Source of the DNA: a plasmid
Strand: one strand, 5' to 3'
NCBI RefSeq assembly: GCF_056746865.1
Contig: NZ_JBWKMP010000007.1
DNA length: 12,766 bases
Shown here piece after piece: positions 6,282-12,766 of this stretch. Under the pieces are notes generated by a model that worked only from the letters and a program-made list of their open reading frames with translations, did no database searches and was not told where the DNA came from. Made by a program: the position numbers and the translations under genes. Within the stretch, counting starts at the first letter, position 1. Each line of letters starts with the position of its first letter.

Positions 6282-6346
6282 TTGACAGGGAAAATGCAGC
6301 GGCGTAATTTTAAGCTGTATATAAAACCAGTAGTTATATATACAGT
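6282..6346 (+). promoter_or_regulatory. Colicin SOS promoter: -35 TTGACA (6282-6287), -10 TAATTT (6305-6310), tandem LexA boxes beginning CTGTATATAAAACCAG (6315-6330) and extending to 6346
   Basis: gctgtatataaaaccagtagttatatatacagta matches the dual CTGT-N8-ACAG LexA operator arrangement known for colicin E1-type promoters. RBS agagga lies 7 nt before the ATG at 6393. Confidence 0.8.
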
Positions 6347-6392
6347 ATATTGCTTTTAACTATTTGTTTTTAATGTCAAAGAGGATTTTATA

Positions 6393-7456
6393 ATGGAAAC
6401 AGCTGTAGCGTACTATAAAGATGGTGTTCCTTATGATGATAAGGGGCAGGTAATCATTACTCTTTTGAATGGTAATCCAGACGGGAGTGGCTCTGGCGGC
6501 GGTGGTGGAACTGGAGGTAGCAAAAGTGAAAGTTCTGCAGCCATTCATGCCACAGCTAAATGGTCTACTGCTCAATTGAAGAAAACGCAGGCAGAACAGG
6601 CTGCCCGGGCAAAAGCTGCCGCAGAAGCACAGGCTAAAGCAAAAGCAAACCGGGATGCGCTGACTCAACATCTGAAGGATATTGTGAATGAGGCGCTTCG
6701 TCATAATTCCACTCATCCGGAGGTTATTGACCTGGCTCATGCCAATAATGCAGCGATGCAGGCAGAAGCAGAGCGGTTGCGCCTTGCAAAAGCAGAAGAA
6801 AAAGCCCGTAAAGAAGCGGAAGCTGCGGAAAAGGCTTTTCAGGAGGCAGAACAACGACGCAAAGAGATAGAGAAGGAGCAGGCTGAAACAGAACGCCAGT
6901 TGAAACTGGCTGAAGCTGAAGAGAAACGGCTGGCAGCATTGAATGAAGAGGCCCGGGCAGTGGAGGTGGCACAAAAAAATCTTGCTGCTGCACAATCTGA
7001 GCTGGCGAAAGTGGATGAAGAGATTAAGACTCTCAATACCCGTTTAAGCTCCAGTATTCATGCCCGTGATGCAGAAATGAATACGCTGTCCGGAAAACGA
7101 AATGAGCTGGCTCAGGCATCTGCTAAATATAAGGAACTTGATGAACTGGTCAAAAAATTGTCACCAAGAGCTAATGATCCGCTTCAGAGTCGTCCTTTTT
7201 TCTATGCCACCAGTCGACGGACGGGAGCCGGTAAGATTATGGAGGAAAACAAAAACAGGTAACAGCATCAGAAACGCGTATTAACCAACTTAATGCTGAG
7301 ATAAATGGAATTCAGGGGGCTATGTCTCAGGCTAATAATAATCGTAATACAGCTGTTTTACGTGTTCATGAATCTGAAGAAAATTTGAAAACAGCGCAGA
7401 CTAATCTCCTGAACTCGCAGATTAAGGATGCTGTGGATGCAACAGTTAGCTTTTAT
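6393..7456 (+). pseudogene. cea: Colicin E1-type gene, 5' part (translocation and receptor-binding domains), with a 1-nt frameshift in an A-run (7246-7249) and truncated by the IS21-family insertion at 7456/7457
   Basis: METAVAYYKDGVPYDDKGQVIITLLNGNPDGSGSGGGGG... matches colicin E1 from memory. Frame 0 stops at 7260-7262; the colicin-like reading continues in the -1 frame (VTASETRIN...DAVDATVSFY) to 7456. Confidence 0.85.
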
Positions 7457-7658
7457 TGCAAAATGGCATCTGAATCGATCGCAGTTTGGCATTCGAATCG
7501 ATCATGATTTGGCATCCATCTCCGATCACAGTTTGGCATCACAATCGATCACGATTTGGCATGCTTCCGATCATTGATTGGCATCCTGCCAGTCACTCCG
7601 GGAATTAACTCTTTTCACCACAGTCTCCATTGCCGTGTTTAAACCAGTGGAGACGTCA

Positions 7659-9224
7659 ATGTCCAGAAAGAGAAAATCCAGGAGCACTATGGAAACCTGT
7701 TTTAAGATTCTTCAGCTCAAGTTCGACAAGAAGCTGACTAACCGTTGTATCGGACTGACGTTACACATCAGCGCCTCAACCGTTTTTGAGGTTCTTGCCC
7801 GCTTCAAAGCCTCTTCTCTGTCATGGCCATTACCTGCTGATATATCCCATGACACGCTGGAGAAACTCATTTTTCCGCCCAAAGACACCTTTGCATCAGA
7901 GCTTGTAATGCCTGACATGTTGTACCTCGATACGGAAATGAGAAAACCAGGTGTGACGCGGCAACTGTTGTGGATGGAATACAAGGCACAGGCGGGTAAC
8001 AAAGCGATGGGATACTCGCACTTCTGCCGTTGCTACCGGGAGTGGAAAAAAACGCGACGTCTCTCCATGCGCCAGGAGCATCGTGCCGGCGAAAAGCTTT
8101 TTATCGACTTCTGTGGTCCTACGGTTCCTGTTATTAATCCGGACACCGGTGAGATACGCCGCGTGGCAATCTTCGTGGCCGTAATGGGGGCGTCCAACTA
8201 TACCTACGTTGAAGCGTGCGAAGGTCAGGACATGATGTCATGGTTAAATGCCCACAGCCGTTGCCTGACCTTCCTGGGCGGCGTACCGAAGCTGCTCATC
8301 CCCGATAACCTCAGAAGCGCAGTGAAAAAGGCCGATCGATATGAGCCTGTCATCAACGACAGTTATCAGGCACTGGCTGAGCACTATGGCACGGTTATCA
8401 TCCCGGCCCGACCACGCAAACCTAAAGATAAACCAAAAGCAGAAAACGGCGTCCTCATCGTCGAACGATGGCTTCTTGCCCGCATCCGTAATGAAACCTT
8501 CCACACGCTCAGGGCGCTGAATGCGCGCCTTAGGGAGTTACTGACAGACATGAATAACCGGCCAATGAAGGGGTACGGCAATCAAACCCGTGCAGAACGC
8601 TTCCGCATACTGGATGCGCCAGCACTCTCTCCGCTGCCTCTGGCACCTTATGAATACACGGAATACAAAGCTGTGAAGGTTGGCCCTGACTACCACGTTG
8701 AATATGCCCGTCACTGGTACTCCGTTCCACACGAACTGGTCGGTCAGCGTCTGTCACTGAAGGCGGGGCAGTCGGTGGTACAGCTCTGGCACAAGGGGCA
8801 GTGTGTGGCGCAACATCCGCGCAGCACACATGAATATAAACACACAACCAATCCGCTTCACATGCCAGAGCGCCACCGGCAGCACGGGACATGGACACCG
8901 GAACGCCTGATCGAGCAGGGAAAACGTACGGGCCCGTCCACAGGCCGGGTGGTTGAATCCATGCTGAAGGCAAAACCCCATCCGGAACTGGCTTATCGTG
9001 CAGTTCTGGGGCTGCTGGCACTTCAGAAAAAATACGGCCCGGAACGGCTGGAAAAGGCCTGTTACGTTGCCCTGCACTATAACGCCCCTGACAGACGCTT
9101 TATCGACAATCTGCTGCGTCACCATCGGGAGAACCTGGAGCTTCCATTATCCCGCCAGGGCGAACAACATCCGGCATATGCTTCAGAGCATGAAAACCTG
9201 CGTGGTCCGGGCTACTACCACTGA
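7659..9224 (+). CDS. istA: IS21-family transposase IstA (521 aa)
   Basis: Long ORF with a DDE-type integrase core and the IstA-typical layout; followed 16 nt later by istB. ATG at 7659 preceded by ggag. Confidence 0.85.
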   Translation: MSRKRKSRSTMETCFKILQLKFDKKLTNRCIGLTLHISASTVFEVLARFKASSLSWPLPADISHDTLEKLIFPPKDTFASELVMPDMLYLDTEMRKPGVTRQLLWMEYKAQAGNKAMGYSHFCRCYREWKKTRRLSMRQEHRAGEKLFIDFCGPTVPVINPDTGEIRRVAIFVAVMGASNYTYVEACEGQDMMSWLNAHSRCLTFLGGVPKLLIPDNLRSAVKKADRYEPVINDSYQALAEHYGTVIIPARPRKPKDKPKAENGVLIVERWLLARIRNETFHTLRALNARLRELLTDMNNRPMKGYGNQTRAERFRILDAPALSPLPLAPYEYTEYKAVKVGPDYHVEYARHWYSVPHELVGQRLSLKAGQSVVQLWHKGQCVAQHPRSTHEYKHTTNPLHMPERHRQHGTWTPERLIEQGKRTGPSTGRVVESMLKAKPHPELAYRAVLGLLALQKKYGPERLEKACYVALHYNAPDRRFIDNLLRHHRENLELPLSRQGEQHPAYASEHENLRGPGYYH

Positions 9225-9240
9225 CAGAAGGAACAACAGT

Positions 9241-9996
9241 ATGAGTGATAACCTGTTAAACAAACTGACCCAACTGAAACTCCCGGCGATGGCCGGGAGC
9301 CTGATACGGCAGCGGGAAACGCCTCAGACCTACGACGAACTGTCGTTCGAGGAAAGGCTGACGCTGCTGGTTGATGACGAGCTTCTGAGCAGGGAAAACA
9401 GCCGTGTGGCACGGTTGAGAAAAAATGCCGGCCTGAAATACCAGGCAACACCGGAAGGGCTGCGCTATCCGGCCTCAAGAGGTCTGCGGGCTGAACAGAT
9501 GAGAGAACTGCTGAACGGCCACTACATAACCCACAGGAAAAACCTGCTGATAACCGGTCCGACAGGATGTGGCAAGAGCTGGATAGCCAATGCGCTGGGC
9601 GAACAGGCATGTCGACAGAAACACAGCGTCCGGTACTGTAGAACCGGGCGATTACTGGAACAACTGGCTCAGGGACGTGTTGATGGCAGCTGGCTGAAAT
9701 ATCTGAAACAGTTGCAAAAAATACAGGTTCTAATCCTGGACGATCTGGGGCTGGAACAGTTAAGTAACGCCCAGTGTAATGACCTTCTGGAGCTCATAGA
9801 GGATCGTTACGGACAAAGCAGCACGATAGTGGTAAGCCAGTTCCCGGTAGATAAATGGCATGGTCTGATGGAGAACCCAACAACAGCAGATGCCATCCTG
9901 GACAGACTGGTACATAACTCACACCGGGTGGTCCTTCAGGGAGAGTCACTGAGGAAAAATCCCCCGGTAGTGGAAAGCAGCGAAAAAACGCGTTAA
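9241..9996 (+). CDS. istB: IS21-family helper ATPase IstB (251 aa)
   Basis: Walker A GPTGCGKS and Walker B VLILDDLG motifs. RBS gaagga upstream of the ATG at 9241. Confidence 0.9.
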   Translation: MSDNLLNKLTQLKLPAMAGSLIRQRETPQTYDELSFEERLTLLVDDELLSRENSRVARLRKNAGLKYQATPEGLRYPASRGLRAEQMRELLNGHYITHRKNLLITGPTGCGKSWIANALGEQACRQKHSVRYCRTGRLLEQLAQGRVDGSWLKYLKQLQKIQVLILDDLGLEQLSNAQCNDLLELIEDRYGQSSTIVVSQFPVDKWHGLMENPTTADAILDRLVHNSHRVVLQGESLRKNPPVVESSEKTR

Positions 9997-10095
9997 AAAG
10001 CGGTAGAAAAAGTTAAGTTCCCGGTTGATCGAATGGATGCGAATCGCTGATCGGACTTCGATGCCAATCCGTGATCGAATAGAGCGGAATACGCA

Positions 10096-10593
10096 CTTTT
10101 ATCAAACGCTATCTGAAAAATATGGTGAAAAATATTCAAAAATGGCACAGGAACTTGCTGATAAGTCTAAAGGTAAGAAAATCAGCAATGTGAATGAAGC
10201 TCTAGCTGCTTTTGAAAAATACAAGGATGTTTTAAATAAGAAATTCAGCAAAGCAGACCGTGATGCGATTTTCAATGCACTGGAATCGGTTAAGTATGAA
10301 GACTGGGCTAAGCATTTAGATCAGTTTGCTAAGTACTTGAAGATTACGGGACATGTTTCTTTTGGATATGATGTGGTATCTGATATCCTAAAAATTAAGG
10401 ATACAGGTGACTGGAAGCCACTATTTCTTACATTAGAGAAGAAAACTGTAGATGCTGGAGTTAGTTATATTGTTTTAGTGTGCTTGCTGGAACTACATTA
10501 GGTATCTGGGGGATTGCTATTGTTACAGGCATTCTATGTGCCTTTATTGACAAGAATAAACTTAATACTATAAATGATGTGTTGGGTATTTAA
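10096..10593 (+). pseudogene. cea: Colicin E1-type gene, 3' part (pore-forming domain), carrying a roughly 10-nt deletion/frameshift near 10473 in the hydrophobic helical hairpin
   Basis: [28 protein letters not shown]...[20 protein letters not shown] matches the colicin E1 channel domain from memory. Frame stops at 10499-10501; the remaining C-terminus ([35 protein letters not shown]) is in another frame ending at 10591-10593. Confidence 0.8.
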
Positions 10594-10931
10594 TTATTCT
10601 TTATTGATATAAACAGTCCTAGCAATCCAAATGGGATTGCTAGGACCAAACAAAGTAGATTGTATAGCATAAATAGGTTTAATTTTGCCACGGGGGCATT
10701 ATTTAGATTTTTTCTTTTTCTGAAAAAATCTTTCTTTATGAACTTAAAAAATATGTGTTCAATAGCATATTTTGAATATGGGCATAGAATAGTGCTTATC
10801 ACGATTGCGTATAGCATCTTATCTGACGCTAGGAAATAATACCCTTCGTTGTTTTTTGTTATAAGGTATATATATATAAGTGTGCAATATAGGCCAAACA
10901 AAATGTTTTTTATGTAGTATCTTAAACTCAT
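10590..10931 (-). CDS. imm: Colicin E1 immunity protein (113 aa, integral membrane), intact
   Basis: [113 protein letters not shown] matches ColE1 Imm from memory. Convergent with cea. Confidence 0.9.
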   Translation of the reverse strand: MSLRYYIKNILFGLYCTLIYIYLITKNNEGYYFLASDKMLYAIVISTILCPYSKYAIEHIFFKFIKKDFFRKRKNLNNAPVAKLNLFMLYNLLCLVLAIPFGLLGLFISIKNN

Positions 10932-10978
10932 AAATTAAACCTCGTTATATATTCTTTTCATTTTATAAGGATCGAGTT

Positions 10979-11040
10979 ATGAGGAAAAGATTTTTTGTGG
11001 GAATATTAGCTATAAACCTCCTTGTTGGATGTCAGGCTAA
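10979..11040 (+). pseudogene. kil: Colicin lysis (release) lipoprotein gene, 5' part (MRKRFFVGILAINLLVGCQA...), interrupted by IS5 after codon 20
   Basis: RBS taagga; signal peptide with lipobox LVGC as in ColE1 Kil. Reading frame enters the IS5 end at 11041. Confidence 0.8.
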
Positions 11041-12235
<1,195 letters not shown>

Positions 12236-12315
12236 CTAACTATATACGTGATGTTCAGGGAGGGACTGTGGCTCCATCATCTTCTTCTAAACTGACGGGG
12301 ATCTCTGTTCAGTAG
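12236..12315 (+). pseudogene. kil: Colicin lysis lipoprotein gene, 3' part (...[25 protein letters not shown])
   Basis: Continues the kil frame across the CTAA duplication; stop at 12313-12315. Confidence 0.8.
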
Positions 12316-12334
12316 AAAAGATCAAAGGATCTTC

Positions 12335-12363
12335 TTGAGATCCTTTTTTTCTGCGCGTAATCT
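12335..12363 (+). promoter_or_regulatory. RNA II (primer) promoter: -35 TTGAGA, 17-bp spacer, -10 TAATCT
   Basis: Positionally and sequence-wise equivalent to the ColE1/pMB1 RNA II promoter (ttgagatcctttttttctgcgcgtaatctgctgc). Confidence 0.7.
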
Positions 12364-12370
12364 GCTGCCT

Positions 12371-12766
12371 GTAAACGAAAAAACCGCCTGGGGAGGCGGT
12401 TTGATCGAAGGTTAAGTCAGTTGGGGAACTGCTTAACCGAGGTAACTGGCTTCAGCAGAGCGCAGATACCAAATACTGTCCTTCCAGTGTAGCCGTAGTC
12501 GGGCCACTACTTCAAGAACTCTGTTGCACCATTTGCGCCATCATCGCTCTGCTAACCAAGTTACCAACGGCTGCTGCCAGTGGCGCTTTGTCGTGTCTTA
12601 CCGGGTTGGACTCAAGACGATAGTTACCGGATAAGGCGCAGCGGTCGGGCTGAACGGGGGGTTCGTGCACACAGCCCAGCTTGGAGCGAACGACCTACAC
12701 CGAACTGAGATACCAACAGCGTGAGCTATGAGAAAGCGCCACGCTTCCCGAAGGGAGAAAGGCGGA
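12371..12766 (+). ncRNA. RNAII: RNA II replication primer precursor, 5' portion (continues into 1-about 160 if circular)
   Basis: Homology by eye to the ColE1 RNA II 5' region, with stem-loops such as ccgcctggggaggcgg (12384-12399). Downstream sequence is near-identical to pMB1 (ggtaactggcttcagcagagcgcagataccaaatactgtcctt...). Confidence 0.75.
12372..12479 (-). ncRNA. RNAI: RNA I antisense copy-number control RNA (about 108 nt)
   Basis: Complement of the first roughly 108 nt of RNA II. The minus strand begins acagtatttggtatctgcgctctgctgaagccagttacc as in pMB1 RNA I, and ends in a stem-loop plus U-tract (complement of aaaaaaccgcctggggaggcgg). Confidence 0.7.

Larger units (their letters stand above)
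7457..10095 (+). mobile_element. IS21-family insertion sequence (2639 bp) flanked by a 7-bp direct repeat cttttat (7450-7456 and 10096-10102); multiple terminal repeats at both ends
   Basis: Element starts tgc... and ends ...gca. Both flanks carry cttttat, and the colicin reading frame resumes across the right-hand copy. Left end has five to six roughly 23-bp repeats of tttggcat-N-gatc (7460-7600), with inverted counterparts at 10000-10095. Confidence 0.85.

Noticed and set aside
6360-7036. Minus-strand ORFs (211 aa, 89 aa, 65 aa) antisense to cea
   Set aside because: Shadow ORFs produced by the alanine/glutamate-rich repetitive colicin coding sequence.
7460-7600. CRISPR-like array of short direct repeats with about 23-bp period
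   Set aside because: These are the multiple terminal repeats typical of IS21-family ends, mirrored at the other end of the element; spacing and length do not fit CRISPR.
7712-9125. Minus-strand ORFs inside istA (96, 61, 86, 65, 163, 64 and 123 aa)
   Set aside because: Antisense shadow ORFs within a confidently identified transposase gene.

Overview
This window reads as a complete or near-complete ColE1-family colicin plasmid from an enterobacterium, about 12.8 kb; the two window ends join inside the ColE1 origin, so the molecule is probably circular. All calls rest on reading the sequence and recalling protein and site families from memory; no database search or folding was run. Backbone: ColE1-type origin (RNA II / RNA I), bom/oriT, rom, the overlapping mobilisation genes mbeC-mbeA(-mbeB-mbeD), a cer-like Xer resolution site, and a colicin E1-type operon (SOS promoter, cea, imm, kil). 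The colicin operon is decayed: cea carries a 1-nt frameshift, a 2.6-kb IS21-family insertion (istA/istB, 7-bp target duplication) and a roughly 10-nt deletion in the channel domain, and kil is split by a complete IS5 (CTAA duplication). The immunity gene imm is intact. Between the mob genes and cer lies about 1.8 kb that I do not recognise from the ColE1 backbone: a 1.3-kb AT-rich stretch with no convincing ORF but several hairpins, intrinsic terminators, two paralogous dyad modules and a recurring CGYGTTTCTGG-like motif, followed by a 5' remnant of an IS3-family (IS629-like) element. Two uncharacterised minus-strand genes (a lipoprotein and an HTH/coiled-coil protein) sit between cer and the colicin promoter. 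The AT-rich island is the best candidate for undescribed function, most likely small RNAs or protein-binding sites, but I cannot assign it a function from sequence alone.
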